The notes below the pieces were generated by a model. That model ran no database searches. It saw only the letters and a list, made by a program, of their open reading frames with translations, and was not told the origin of the DNA. The translations under genes and the position numbers were made by a program. 64,000 nucleotides of DNA from Acidobacteriota bacterium (GTDB lineage: Bacteria > Acidobacteriota > UBA6911): the NCBI GenBank assembly GCA_963664705.1, contig OY761556.1:896001-960000 (forward strand), given 5' to 3'. Positions within the stretch are counted from its first letter, which is position 1; each line of letters starts with the position of its first letter. This document shows, in pieces, positions 35,778-46,061 of this stretch.

Positions 35778-37778
35778 TCAGAAATCCGGGCTCATCCTAT
35801 TTCGCATTATCCTCGGCCCATAATGCGGAATATCCGCCCCCAGTTCGTATGCGCCGAGATCCGGGGCTTTGCCGGTATATCCATCCGTGATGTTTGGAAG
35901 GACGGTTCCGCCGTCCACCGCCGCGGAGCCTTCGCGCAGCCGAAGATCCACTTCGTCGGTTCTCACAACGCGCGTGGGATGCGTGAAATCGGGAGCCGCC
36001 GCCTTCCGGAAAACGCTGAAATCAAGTTCACGGCTTTGCCTATCCTGACCCGTGGCTTTGGCATATTCTGCCAGAGTTCGATACCGGCGGACTTCCAATG
36101 GAGTGCTATATTCCGCCGGAGTGCCGAATGCCGGTGAACTCCATTGATAGGCAAATTCCGAATCCCTGTTCGGGAGGAACCCGTTGAAGTTGGAGGTGCT
36201 GTAATTCGTATAGGTGTCGATGGCAAATACCAATGGTTTCATCCCCTGCCCGAGAATCAGATTGTTTCTGAAATGCATGTTTGAAGCAGGCGATAATTGG
36301 GCAATCTCTCCGATATACGTATTTTGATATACCAGGACACCCGAGGGACTGTTATGGATTTTTAGCGGGCCATAGGCGCCGTTGTACACAACATTTCGGA
36401 TGAAATACGCCGGTCCCCCGAAAATGGGCTGAGGGCTCATCGCGCCTGTCGCGGCATTAAAGCAGCGGTTACGGAAGATGCGGATGTTATACATCGCTCC
36501 ATCGGCTTCAAAACAGTTGTCGTGCATATTGGTGACATCGTTGTTGTAGATGTCGATCGAGACAGGCATGCGGTCCCGCGGCGTATGCGGATAATTGTCC
36601 GGCATTCCATAAGTCGCATGGTCGAGGCCATCGTGAAAATTGGCGACATAGTTGAAGGCCATCACATGGCCGGAACCATAGACGCTGACCGCATAGTAGG
36701 ACTTGATGCGATGCAATTCCTCAAATTGCGGGTGATCTTTCCATGGCGCAATATTCAGCCAGCCAAACACAATAGTCGGATCGAAACGGCCGATCATTAC
36801 GTTGTCCGCAATATAGAAATTCTTTGTGCCGGAATAGTCGCTGTGAACGGCAACGCCGACGTCTGTGAATCGGCAGTGCTTGACGCTCAGCCCTTTGGAG
36901 CCGGCAATCCCTTTTTGCCCGGCTTCTATAGCCATGTCGGTGCTGCGAAACGTGATCCCTTCAAAATAGAGATAGTCGGCTCCCATGACATTGAACAGGA
37001 CATGATTGCCATCTCCATCCAATATAACCTCCCCATCTCCCGCAGCCTTGATGGCGATCGGCCGGTCGGCTGTTCCGCTCTGGTTGAGGAAGTAGGTTCC
37101 GTTCCATGGCGTGCCGCAGCACAGTTTGGTCGAGGACATGATTTCGTGGCTGTAGTCCGTTCGGTCATCTTTATACACTCCGGCGTGCATCAGAATCGTA
37201 TCGCCTGGACGGACTCTGGCTGGTGATGCGCGGCTCCAGTCCCCCCCTTGAGCCGAAGTGTAATAAGCCGCAAGAAGACCCGTGAACGCAGGTTCCGCCC
37301 TGGTGCCCTGGTATCCATCCGGATAGACATGATAGACGCGCCCGGTCTTGTAGGGCTGCGGCTCCGGACGGGTATGGACTGTGACAAACTTCCGGGAAAT
37401 TCCTCGAACTCCATCCGGGTCCTTCAGCACAAAGCGGCATTCGTAGGTTGTGTCCGGATCCAGATCGAAGATGCTTCCGGCGAACAGATTGGGAGCCGTG
37501 TAATCCAGAATATCCACATATCGGGTGCGCTCGCCATTAATCCGCAAAAGCGGCAATCCATTGTGCCAGGCAGTTTCTCCCTTTTTGCGATAGAAGCTCT
37601 GCACTTCAGCGTTGCGGTTTTCATCCCCCTGGATATACCACTCGAATCCAAGCGAAATCAGCGTTGGAGGTTCCACAACAAATTCCCCTGTCGTCGTGCC
37701 GTTGAGGCTGGTAGCCGGGGCGTTTGTGCAAAAGAGCGTAGCGGGAAGAAGAAACAGAACAAGGCAAATTCGGTTCAT
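35778..37778 (-). CDS. secreted right-handed beta-helix (pectin lyase-like) protein with an N-terminal FN3-like domain
   Basis: Signal peptide; GSIFDLDPDTTYE, PGDTI, GTADRPI, DNCFEADG, SAAVDGG and APDLGAYE motifs. Confidence 0.75.
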   Translation of the reverse strand: MNRICLVLFLLPATLFCTNAPATSLNGTTTGEFVVEPPTLISLGFEWYIQGDENRNAEVQSFYRKKGETAWHNGLPLLRINGERTRYVDILDYTAPNLFAGSIFDLDPDTTYECRFVLKDPDGVRGISRKFVTVHTRPEPQPYKTGRVYHVYPDGYQGTRAEPAFTGLLAAYYTSAQGGDWSRASPARVRPGDTILMHAGVYKDDRTDYSHEIMSSTKLCCGTPWNGTYFLNQSGTADRPIAIKAAGDGEVILDGDGNHVLFNVMGADYLYFEGITFRSTDMAIEAGQKGIAGSKGLSVKHCRFTDVGVAVHSDYSGTKNFYIADNVMIGRFDPTIVFGWLNIAPWKDHPQFEELHRIKSYYAVSVYGSGHVMAFNYVANFHDGLDHATYGMPDNYPHTPRDRMPVSIDIYNNDVTNMHDNCFEADGAMYNIRIFRNRCFNAATGAMSPQPIFGGPAYFIRNVVYNGAYGPLKIHNSPSGVLVYQNTYIGEIAQLSPASNMHFRNNLILGQGMKPLVFAIDTYTNYSTSNFNGFLPNRDSEFAYQWSSPAFGTPAEYSTPLEVRRYRTLAEYAKATGQDRQSRELDFSVFRKAAAPDFTHPTRVVRTDEVDLRLREGSAAVDGGTVLPNITDGYTGKAPDLGAYELGADIPHYGPRIMRNRMSPDF

Positions 37779-38017
37779 TGGCGTTTCCTTTGCAATCCGG
37801 ATAGGGCTCCATCATTTCAGCGCACGGTCTCACTTTCAACATGAAATTATTCCCTCGATGTCTGCCCAACGGGGAATCGTCCCATAAGTGGGAAACCTTT
37901 TTGTCTACATCGAGAGTTACTGTAAGCTAGCAGCCCTGGTGAAAGTACAGAAGGTCCTATGTCTATCACCGCAGCTGTTAAGCTCCTTTGCATGCCACAA
38001 TTCACGGAGGAATACGG

Positions 38018-39628
38018 ATGTCCCAAGCGACACAGACAGAATACGGTTTTACGAGAAAGCAGATAAACCTGGGACTCGTTGCAATCTTTGCAGTGTATGG
38101 AACGATGGCCTATTTCGTTCAGACGCTTAATATCGCGCGGCCGAAAATTGCCGCTGATCTGAATGGCATGGCTCTCTACTCGCTGGCGGTTTCCATACCC
38201 AGCCTTGTCAGCGCCTTTGTCACACTTGTTTTCGGCAAGTTATCCGATATTTACGGGCGCCGTATCATGCTGATGGTCTCAGTCATTTTCTGCACGATTG
38301 GAACGATCCTGGGTGCGATCAGCCCCAATTTTATTTTTCTGATCGTCGCCGGAGTTGTCAGTGCCCTTGGGACCGGATCGATGATGCCGTTGACATTTGC
38401 GGTCGTGGGCGACCTCTTTCCTCCCGAGAAACGGGGAAAGTGGATCGGCATGCTGAACATCCCCACGGGTGTCTTCTCGCTGATCGGCCCGACGCTGGGT
38501 GGCTGGTTTGTAGATAATCTGAGTTGGAGATATCTGTACTGGATTGCACTCCCGCTGCTGGTCGTCTGCCTGTTGACCGTTCCCGTGGGAGTGCCTTCAA
38601 TCATCAATCGCGGGGCGAAACGCAAGATCGATATCCTGGGATGCATTCTTGTCGCCATCGCTTCTTCAACGCTGATTATCGGTTTTTCCTTTGCGGGAGA
38701 TAAATACCCGTGGGGTTCGCCTCAGGTCATCGGATTGCTGGTGGTTTCCCTGCTATTCTGGGTCCTTTTCCTGCGTACGGAAAATCGTGTGGACGAGCCG
38801 ATCCTGGATCCGCTCGTTCTGCGCAACCGGTCGTTTTTGACGGTTGCTCTCGCCACTCTGTTTTCCTTTTTCGGTCAGATGGGAATCATGATGTATTTCC
38901 CCATGTTCCTCCAGGGTGTCCAGAGCATCAGCGCAATGAGGAGTGGACAGATTATCACGCCCTACAGCGTGTTGATGTCTTTCATCGGAGTCCCGGTCGG
39001 ATTTCTCCTGGGACGCACAGGGAAATTCAAATGGATGTACATCCTGGGTTTCGGCATCCTGACTGCGGATATGTTTGCCATACTCCTCTTTACCGAACAG
39101 ACGCCTGTTTTCTGGAGCATTGTTGTCGTCACCATTGCCGGCATCGGCCTGGGTGCAATCCCGACGGTGAATACCATGGTGGTACAGAATTCTGTCCCCA
39201 AAAGGCTGCTGGGCGTTGCGATGGGTGCAATTTTCTTTGCTATTCTAATGGGGGTGGCGATTGCACCGGCTTTGCTGGGCTCTGCCATGAATGCTTCCTA
39301 TGCCAGAAATCTCAAAGGTACATTGCCGCCCGGATTGCACAGCGTTGCTGATAGGGAAACGATTGATTCGCTGGGCAATCCGCGGGTATTGCTGTCGCAA
39401 TCCGCGATGGATGCGCTGAAAGCAAAATTTGATCAGGGCGGAAGTGAAATGCAGGCTCTCTTTCCAGGCACTGTAAGCGCTATTCGCACCGCGATGCATG
39501 CCGGCGTGCGAAGTGTTTTTCTGGTCAGCGCGATTACGATGCTCCTGGCTTTCCTGATTATTTGTACGATTCCTGCAAAAACGACGAGCGAAGAGCCCGA
39601 GGAAACGCAGGAGAAAGTCCAAAACTGA
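38018..39628 (+). CDS. MFS drug:H+ antiporter (DHA2/14-TMS type)
   Basis: GKLSDIYGRR, GDLFPPEKRG, GPTLGG and WRYLYW motifs; GGAGG RBS. Confidence 0.88.
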   Translation: MSQATQTEYGFTRKQINLGLVAIFAVYGTMAYFVQTLNIARPKIAADLNGMALYSLAVSIPSLVSAFVTLVFGKLSDIYGRRIMLMVSVIFCTIGTILGAISPNFIFLIVAGVVSALGTGSMMPLTFAVVGDLFPPEKRGKWIGMLNIPTGVFSLIGPTLGGWFVDNLSWRYLYWIALPLLVVCLLTVPVGVPSIINRGAKRKIDILGCILVAIASSTLIIGFSFAGDKYPWGSPQVIGLLVVSLLFWVLFLRTENRVDEPILDPLVLRNRSFLTVALATLFSFFGQMGIMMYFPMFLQGVQSISAMRSGQIITPYSVLMSFIGVPVGFLLGRTGKFKWMYILGFGILTADMFAILLFTEQTPVFWSIVVVTIAGIGLGAIPTVNTMVVQNSVPKRLLGVAMGAIFFAILMGVAIAPALLGSAMNASYARNLKGTLPPGLHSVADRETIDSLGNPRVLLSQSAMDALKAKFDQGGSEMQALFPGTVSAIRTAMHAGVRSVFLVSAITMLLAFLIICTIPAKTTSEEPEETQEKVQN

Positions 39629-39642
39629 TCTTCGATTATTGG

Positions 39643-39689
39643 GATTCGTGGGATTCGTGGCCTCGGTTTTGCCCCGAATCCCATGGATC
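39643..39689. repeat. palindromic doublet, family B, between convergent genes
   Basis: GATTCGTGGGATTCGTGGC ... GCCCCGAATCCCATGGATC, with 9-nt periodicity. Confidence 0.6.
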
Positions 39690-40542
39690 ATTTTTGTGGC
39701 TGCTCTTTTCGCTCATTCAGATACAGCGCAGCAAACATCAGCAGGCACCCCGCCAATAATCGGATCCAGTCGGTCCTTTCCCGAAGAATAATCAGGCTGG
39801 CGAGAACTCCCACCGGGATCTTCATGTTGTTCATAATGGCAAGCACGCCGGCATTTACTTTCCTGGATCCCATATTCCACAAAAAAAAGCTGAGTCCCGA
39901 TGCAATGATGCCGAGATAGAGCAGCGCAAGCCATTGGTTCGCTTGTATCCGCAGTTGGGGGTAGTCCGTAGTGGCCAGAGAGGCGATCCCCGTGATCAGT
40001 GCGGCGCCGCAATACAAAAATGCAAAAACATGGCTGTCCTGCAATCCGGGGCGTGCCGCCATCCAGCGCCGATAGGCAATCTGACCGAAGGCAAAAGCCG
40101 CATTGGAGATCTGTACCAGAATAAGACCCCGGAGATTTGCGGCCAGAGCCTGGTTGGGAAACTGCAGGACCGCACCTCCCGCAACCGCAAGCAGCGCCGT
40201 CAGCAGGGTATATCCACGGATTTTCCTTTCATAAAGACCATGGGTGAGCGATACGAAAATGGGCGTGGTGGTCGTCAGCAGCGCAATTACATGTGCCGGC
40301 AGGTCCCGAAAGGCTGCGATATAGGCAATGTACATGATTCCAAATTGGACACTGCCGATGAGCATTAATTGAAATCGGTCGGCAAATCTGATTCCGCCGC
40401 GACGAATCAGAGGCAGAAACAGCACAAAGGACGCCAGCAGTCTGGCAAATGAAACAAAACTGGAATCAAGGGATGTCAGGGATCCTTTGATGATAACGAA
40501 CGAGAATCCCCAGATCAGCGAAACTATAATCAGGTTCAGCAT
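39688..40542 (-). CDS. yigM: EamA/DMT transporter, YigM/BioP (biotin transporter)-like
   Basis: IWGFSF, GSVQFGIMY, LVQISNAAFAFG, LGIIASG and NAGVLAIMNNMKIP resemble E. coli YigM. Confidence 0.7.
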   Translation of the reverse strand: MLNLIIVSLIWGFSFVIIKGSLTSLDSSFVSFARLLASFVLFLPLIRRGGIRFADRFQLMLIGSVQFGIMYIAYIAAFRDLPAHVIALLTTTTPIFVSLTHGLYERKIRGYTLLTALLAVAGGAVLQFPNQALAANLRGLILVQISNAAFAFGQIAYRRWMAARPGLQDSHVFAFLYCGAALITGIASLATTDYPQLRIQANQWLALLYLGIIASGLSFFLWNMGSRKVNAGVLAIMNNMKIPVGVLASLIILRERTDWIRLLAGCLLMFAALYLNERKEQPQK

Positions 40543-40543
40543 T

Positions 40544-40640
40544 CTGCCGCCCTTTCAGGGCTTGTTACTGGTCTAATCCAATCCGGGGGTTCGCTTCGCT
40601 TCACCCCCCGGCTACGCTCTGACCGCCCCGCTGGGGCTGA
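40544..40640. repeat. composite three-hairpin REP-like element
   Basis: GCCCTTTCAGGGC; CCGGGGG-TTCGCTTCGCTTCA-CCCCCCGG; GCCCCGCTGGGGC. Confidence 0.65.
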
Positions 40641-40730
40641 GATACATAGCGCTTCCGGCCTTCTCTAGCAAATAATGGGCAGCATTAACCGGGACGGCGG
40701 CATCATCCTTGTCGACACAGTTACGCCCTT

Positions 40731-40755
40731 GCCGGCGAGACGCTGTCGCTCCCAG
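40731..40755. repeat. REP-like element, family A
   Basis: GCCGGCGAGACGCTGTCGCTCCCAG. Confidence 0.65.
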
Positions 40756-40756
40756 C

Positions 40757-40799
40757 AAAAAAATGAGGAGGGGTTCGCATCAACGAACCCCTCCTCATT
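40757..40799 (-). terminator. intrinsic terminator
   Basis: AATGAGGAGGGGTTCG/CGAACCCCTCCTCATT perfect stem with a T-tract on the minus strand. Confidence 0.85.
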
Positions 40800-40833
40800 G
40801 TGCCCAGGATTTTGGCAGCGGGCAAGATGGAAG

Positions 40834-42105
40834 CTATTTGTAGATGTAGACTTCCAACACGAGATCCTTGTTATACAAAGTGGAGCCGGGAACCGAGGTG
40901 TTATCGGTTGTATCGATGATCCGCACAATCCTGATCTTTGCGTAATTGCCGATATCGGTTCGAACCGCAAACGTGTATCCCGTATAGAGGTTTGATCCGC
41001 TTACGTCCAGGTTTGAGGAGGAGTACGACAGGGCTTTCAGGCCGGGCAGCGTGATGTCATCAAACCCCACATCGTCGCGGCTTCCAATGAATGCCAGGGC
41101 GGCGCCATTGTCGGGTTGCAGATACCGGTTGGTCCGATCGGTACTGCTGTATCGATATTCCAGATCCCACGGGTAAGCTTCAGTCCCGTCATCCTTTCTG
41201 AAATAGTCGACCGCAAAATTGTCCAAGTCCACCGGCATGCGCGGATTCCCATCCGTGGAAGCCTGAATGACGACCATGTAGGTATTTCTGCGCAGCGCTT
41301 CTCTGTCCACGGCCACCAGCGTCGAAAACTGCGCATTCCCATCTCCGGTGCGTGTCTGCAATAATCCGAGCAGGCCAATCGGCCCATCGCAGATAATCTC
41401 AGCCATTCCCTTGAAAGACTTCAGGCCGGGGAAAAGATCTGTATTATCCAGGAAACCGGACCATTCCTGCTTGCCGGCCCCCAGGGTAATTGTTTTGGTG
41501 GAGCCATACTTGACGCCGTTTTCGGAATAGAGCGTGATGCTGACATTATTCGTCGATGGAGTTGCGGCAGGCGATGATTTCAGCCAGTTGACAAAGGCCA
41601 GCCCGGAGTAGATCCCGTGGGCGTCGTCCATCTGCACTGGGATGTCGGCCACCGCGGTGGGTGTCGGGACGGTAACGGTAACCGTATCTGCCGGGCCTGA
41701 ACTGGTGGAGGCTACATAAAAAACCGAAATGCCAAGTACGAAATCCTCCGAATACCTGGAATTCAAAGTTTCTTCATCGTAAACGACGGCGTATCCTGTT
41801 GTCACCTGGCTGCTGGCGCCCAGAGTCTCCACCCGGAGTGTCTGCCTGGCGCCGATGCTCAGCATGAAATCCGACCCGGTACCCTGGCTGGTTTGTAAGG
41901 TCCATTTCGTTCCGTCATTCTTATAAAAGCTCAGACGCATTTTGGTGATGTCCTGAGCGGAACTAATGTTCGTAAGGTCAAATTTGGTGACCCACCCGGG
42001 ACCGTCGGCAACCTGCGGTATGATTTTGTCTCCGCGGGAAAAGCCTGTCTGAACAGCGCCGGCAAGCAATGCAACGAATAGGGCGAACTTTACGAAGCTT
42101 TTCAC
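40834..42105 (-). CDS. hypothetical secreted beta-sandwich protein (PQVADG-type domain)
   Basis: GTG start after GGAGG; signal peptide; IIPQVADGPGWVT and YSGLAFVN resemble the C-terminal modules of the S8 protease. Confidence 0.75.
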   Translation of the reverse strand: MKSFVKFALFVALLAGAVQTGFSRGDKIIPQVADGPGWVTKFDLTNISSAQDITKMRLSFYKNDGTKWTLQTSQGTGSDFMLSIGARQTLRVETLGASSQVTTGYAVVYDEETLNSRYSEDFVLGISVFYVASTSSGPADTVTVTVPTPTAVADIPVQMDDAHGIYSGLAFVNWLKSSPAATPSTNNVSITLYSENGVKYGSTKTITLGAGKQEWSGFLDNTDLFPGLKSFKGMAEIICDGPIGLLGLLQTRTGDGNAQFSTLVAVDREALRRNTYMVVIQASTDGNPRMPVDLDNFAVDYFRKDDGTEAYPWDLEYRYSSTDRTNRYLQPDNGAALAFIGSRDDVGFDDITLPGLKALSYSSSNLDVSGSNLYTGYTFAVRTDIGNYAKIRIVRIIDTTDNTSVPGSTLYNKDLVLEVYIYK

Positions 42106-42245
42106 GTTAACCTCCGTGACGACTCTTAAAACACCTGCGCAGTTTTCACATAAGGGCATGTCTTTCTCTCACGATAGACACACCTGCACTCGACAAAACA
42201 AAATCAGGTTAGCGGATGATCTGAGACCGGACTGCCGTAGAGCCG

Positions 42246-43091
42246 TTACAATCGTTTGGATGCGTGTTCTATGTCTTTGCAAATCTTCTCTATGGCTTTG
42301 GCCTGCGATTCAAAAGACGGCGCTCTGAGGCTGTCCGCAGAGACCGTGGACGAAGAAGGCAGTGAATAGAGATTCACCAGCTGGCGATCCAGTTCCACGG
42401 CCATGGCACGCAGCCTGGCAATGGTTTCCGGATCGAGGGCATCCGCATCGGAGCCGGTATTGATTGCTTTTTTGGAGGAAAGATCAATAACAGCGATAGT
42501 CTGGTTCTGGCGGATTTCTTTGGCGAAGCTCCGGATCGCCTGCGATTTTGCGATTATTTCATTCCTGTCGACCGTTTTGCCCGACCGCGCATCGGCCAGC
42601 ATGGTTTCCAGCTCATCAATGGTTCTCAGCATCTCCCGGGCGAGGATCAGCGGATCCCGAAGCGCTATCTTCAGCATCGCCGGGGTCATCTTGGGTTCGT
42701 AATTTCTTGTGAACCGCGAGAAATAGGTCGGGTAGATGTGGTACATCGAATACAGATAATCGTAGTAGTTTTGCCAGTAGTAGTAGTCCGAAGTCGATCG
42801 GAAGCAAGTTCCCGTGAGGTTGGGGACTACCCTCGACGGTGTGCTGGAGAAGGCGCGCGTTCCCAGATCAACTCCAGATGGGGAATAGCCCGAGTATGAG
42901 CTTGGAGAGGAATACGAGGAAGTGGATGAAACGCTCGAGTACGTGGGAGCGGAGGACGGTGAAGATGCGGCCGTTGTCATGCCTCTCCCGGAGTCCGAAG
43001 AACTGGCTGGAACATCCCGCTGTGCCCAAATCGGCGACACGATCGAAAAGGCTATCAAAACAACGATCACGCCTAAGATCTGTCTCCTCAT
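42246..43091 (-). CDS. hypothetical secreted protein (Ser-rich linker, Tyr-rich segment, helical C-terminus)
   Basis: AAGGGGG RBS; signal peptide MRRQILGVIVVLIAFSIVSPIWA. Confidence 0.7.
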   Translation of the reverse strand: MRRQILGVIVVLIAFSIVSPIWAQRDVPASSSDSGRGMTTAASSPSSAPTYSSVSSTSSYSSPSSYSGYSPSGVDLGTRAFSSTPSRVVPNLTGTCFRSTSDYYYWQNYYDYLYSMYHIYPTYFSRFTRNYEPKMTPAMLKIALRDPLILAREMLRTIDELETMLADARSGKTVDRNEIIAKSQAIRSFAKEIRQNQTIAVIDLSSKKAINTGSDADALDPETIARLRAMAVELDRQLVNLYSLPSSSTVSADSLRAPSFESQAKAIEKICKDIEHASKRL

Positions 43092-43428
43092 GATTTCCCC
43101 CTTCTTTAACCAGATTTCCACTAATTTTAACATAGTAGACGAGGACAGCATGCCGTTTGTCTCATATTTTGTTAAAAATTTTTTTAAGTTTATAGCCCTT
43201 GAACCGGCTTTCTATCCCCAATTGCTCCAATATGTAAACGGCGAGTTCTCCAATCGCCTGATTATGTAATAACCATCGGCATTGAGAACAGCGAATCCGC
43301 ATATTATTTGCAAAAAAGGCGCGCTCGAAAACCGTGGAATGCGGCAGCCTGTTGTCGCCTTTGAAAACCATAAAGGTCGAAGGGCTTCGCCCTCGGAGCG
43401 AGACGCCGGTAGTACTTCCTGGAAGAGA

Positions 43429-44139
43429 TTACCTGGATTTGGGCCGGAGGATGGCCCTCTCCCCCTGGTAGCTCAGCACGACTCCTTCGGCCGTAATGCT
43501 TTCAAGGAGGTAGCGTCCGTCCACGTATTCTCCCTCCTGATATTTGTGGTCATTGATGAAGGCCATGCGTTCGGATTTGGTTTCTGAATACATGTGAATC
43601 GTCATGGTCATTTTTGCCATGGCTTCGCGCAGCGATAGCGGAGCTGCGGTTGCGGATGGCTCTTCCGTTGCGGGAGCCGGATTCGAGGGGCTTGCCAGCG
43701 GCCTGGCGGATGGTTTCTGTATCGGCTCGGCGGTTTCCGGCACCGGTCTGGGCCTGGGCGTGAAATCAGAGCCTGCGCCGGGTCTTCTTGAAGATGAAAT
43801 GGCATTTTCCTCGCGGGATTCTGCTTGCGTTTCGCTTGAAACCGGGGGATCGGATGGCACAGCCGCCCTGGGTGGCGCCTCTCTTGTCGCGAGGGAGGAT
43901 GACTGGGTTGCTTCTTCCATATGCTGGGCCGGAGAGCCGTTCTTCGTGCCCGTCTGTCTCCACAAAAGAACAGCCGTCAGGCAGAGCATGGCGATGGAGA
44001 TCAGGCAAACTCCCGCAATAACCCACGGACGTCTGGAGGGCGTTTCAGGCTCCGTGTCATGAACGCTCATCAGCGTCGGTACCTGCGAAATGGATCTCTC
44101 CCGCTCGGCTTTTTTAAGGGCATCCAGTATATAGGACAT
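43429..44139 (-). CDS. exeB: general secretion pathway protein B (ExeB/GspB)
   Basis: MSYILDALKKAERER; single TM; Pro-rich linker; IHMYS...RMAFIN...EG C-terminal domain. Confidence 0.85.
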   Translation of the reverse strand: MSYILDALKKAERERSISQVPTLMSVHDTEPETPSRRPWVIAGVCLISIAMLCLTAVLLWRQTGTKNGSPAQHMEEATQSSSLATREAPPRAAVPSDPPVSSETQAESREENAISSSRRPGAGSDFTPRPRPVPETAEPIQKPSARPLASPSNPAPATEEPSATAAPLSLREAMAKMTMTIHMYSETKSERMAFINDHKYQEGEYVDGRYLLESITAEGVVLSYQGERAILRPKSR

Positions 44140-44157
44140 GCTATAGATCTCCCTTTT

Positions 44158-45834
44158 CTAGCGAATGTCCCTGGACAGCGTGGGCGAATCCGGGCCGCTG
44201 AAGGCGGTTGCGATGCGAACCAGCGTTTCACTACCGATAAAACCATCCTGGATCAGCAATCGATCTTTCTGAAAACGCAGGACGCGCTGTTTCAGCTCCT
44301 CGTCATAGGCATCTTTCGAGGCGGGGCTAGGCTCTCTCTTTTCCAATGCGTCCATGGCTCGACGGATCCAGAGGACGTTGGCTCCACTGGCACCGGTTGA
44401 CAACTGGTAGGGAGGAGGAAACGGGGGCTTCCATAGAAGGATGAACGAGCCATCCCAGATCTTATCGACATCGGAAAGCGGAAAGGGCCGTTCCCGCCCC
44501 GCAATGGATAGCGTTGCCGTTTTGTCATCCAGTCCAACAAGGGCCACATGTTTACGGCCACCCGTTGGCAATGGGATTTCAAGAATCGCCGGCAAATTAT
44601 ACCTGCGCAGCTTCGGCCAGTTTCCTGTCTGGAAAATGCACTCGAGACCGTGAGCCTTGGCGATCGTGCACCCCAGCTCTCCCGGATTGGATGCAACCTT
44701 CACTCCCCACCGGGCGTAAATATCTGCAAAAGCAGAGGATGAGGCTGGCAGGAGGTCGATCAACCTGGCTGAGGACGTAATGGCCGGGAGCTTGTTGCCG
44801 GCGGGTGTTTCGGGTGCGGCGGGGACCGGGCTTGTTTCAACAGGAGGACTGACCTTAGTTTCCGGCTTGACCACCCCAGCCGCGGCCGCATGGACAGATG
44901 GCAGCGCAGCTTTCGGCGCAGAAGAGGATTTGGCTGTTTTGAAATAGACGGCACCGACGCCCATCGCCGCAACCAGGAGCATCAGTGCCGGAATCCATGC
45001 AAGCCGGTATTTGCGATACCATGGGACAACGCCGCGCGTTTCGCGGCTCGCCCGGCGGACGATGGCTGCGCTGACTTGCTGCCTGTTTTGCGCATAAGCT
45101 CCCAAAAGGGCACGGTCGCAAAGGATATTGACCAGTCGCGGTACTCCGCCAGAGAGTCGATAGATGCTGCTGATCGCGAATTTTGTGAATAGAGGGTCTC
45201 TCCTGCCGGCAATCAGCAATCTGTGATGGATGTAGGCAACCGTTTCATGCCGGGAAAGCGGAAGCAGATGATAGCGGGCTGTGATCCGCTGCGCAATCTG
45301 CCTCAGATCTTTCCGCTTCAGAACTGTGAGCAGTTCAGGCTGGCCGATCAGGATGATCTGGAGGAGCTTTTCCTGCGATGTTTCAAGGTTGGTCAACAGG
45401 CGGATCTGCTCTAAAACATCCCCCTTGAGGTTTTGCGCTTCATCGATGATCAGCACCGTCTTCCTGTGCTTCTCGTGCGATTCGAGCAGATGCTGATTCA
45501 GCGCGTCTATCAGTGCCTTGATGCTGACGGTTTCGGCCGGATATTGGATTCGGAGTTCATCGCACACCGTGGCGAGCAGTTCAGTGGCGGTCAATCGGGG
45601 ATTCAGGATCAATGCGACATCGGTTTCGGGCGGCAGCTGTCTTACCAGGCATCGGGACAGAGTGGTTTTGCCGCACCCGACTTCTCCGGTCAGCTGCACG
45701 AATCCTCCGGGTTGCTGGACTCCGTAAAACAGATGGGCCAGGCCCTCTCGGTGTCGTTCGCTCATATACAGATACCGCGGGTCCGGTGTCAGAGAGAACG
45801 GAGGTTCGCTGAGTTTGAAATATTCGGTGTACAT
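44158..45834 (-). CDS. exeA: ExeA/GspA AAA ATPase with a C-terminal peptidoglycan-binding domain
   Basis: PFSLTPDPRYLY, GEVGCGKT, IIDEAQ, LIGQPEL, GVPRLVN; C-terminal RFQKDRLL.QDG.IG. Confidence 0.9.
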   Translation of the reverse strand: MYTEYFKLSEPPFSLTPDPRYLYMSERHREGLAHLFYGVQQPGGFVQLTGEVGCGKTTLSRCLVRQLPPETDVALILNPRLTATELLATVCDELRIQYPAETVSIKALIDALNQHLLESHEKHRKTVLIIDEAQNLKGDVLEQIRLLTNLETSQEKLLQIILIGQPELLTVLKRKDLRQIAQRITARYHLLPLSRHETVAYIHHRLLIAGRRDPLFTKFAISSIYRLSGGVPRLVNILCDRALLGAYAQNRQQVSAAIVRRASRETRGVVPWYRKYRLAWIPALMLLVAAMGVGAVYFKTAKSSSAPKAALPSVHAAAAGVVKPETKVSPPVETSPVPAAPETPAGNKLPAITSSARLIDLLPASSSAFADIYARWGVKVASNPGELGCTIAKAHGLECIFQTGNWPKLRRYNLPAILEIPLPTGGRKHVALVGLDDKTATLSIAGRERPFPLSDVDKIWDGSFILLWKPPFPPPYQLSTGASGANVLWIRRAMDALEKREPSPASKDAYDEELKQRVLRFQKDRLLIQDGFIGSETLVRIATAFSGPDSPTLSRDIR

Positions 45835-46061
45835 GCAGGCGCTCTTATCCCGGCTGATATAGCCGCCATGCTTTGGACTTCTTTTAACTGACTGAAAAAA
45901 CTGATCGAAATCTCACGCGCAGTATTTCTGATGATCCGGCTCGGCTTCTGGGCGAATCAGCCTGCCAAGTGTAGCATATGTGCACATTCCCCCAAATCCT
46001 TCAATGGAGGCATCTTGAATCCCGGGGCATGGGAGGGCGTATTCTGTGTTACCATGATTCC

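Noticed and set aside
37854-37914. Riboswitch upstream of the DHA2 MFS gene (CTCGATGT/ACATCGAG stem with inner TCCCA/TGGGA hairpin)
   Set aside because: The stems are short and do not match ZTP, c-di-GMP, guanidine, Mn or fluoride consensus features; could be chance or promoter DNA.
43429-45834. Complete type II secretion system
   Set aside because: Only exeA/exeB are present; a stand-alone pair is common and no gspC-M genes are in the window.
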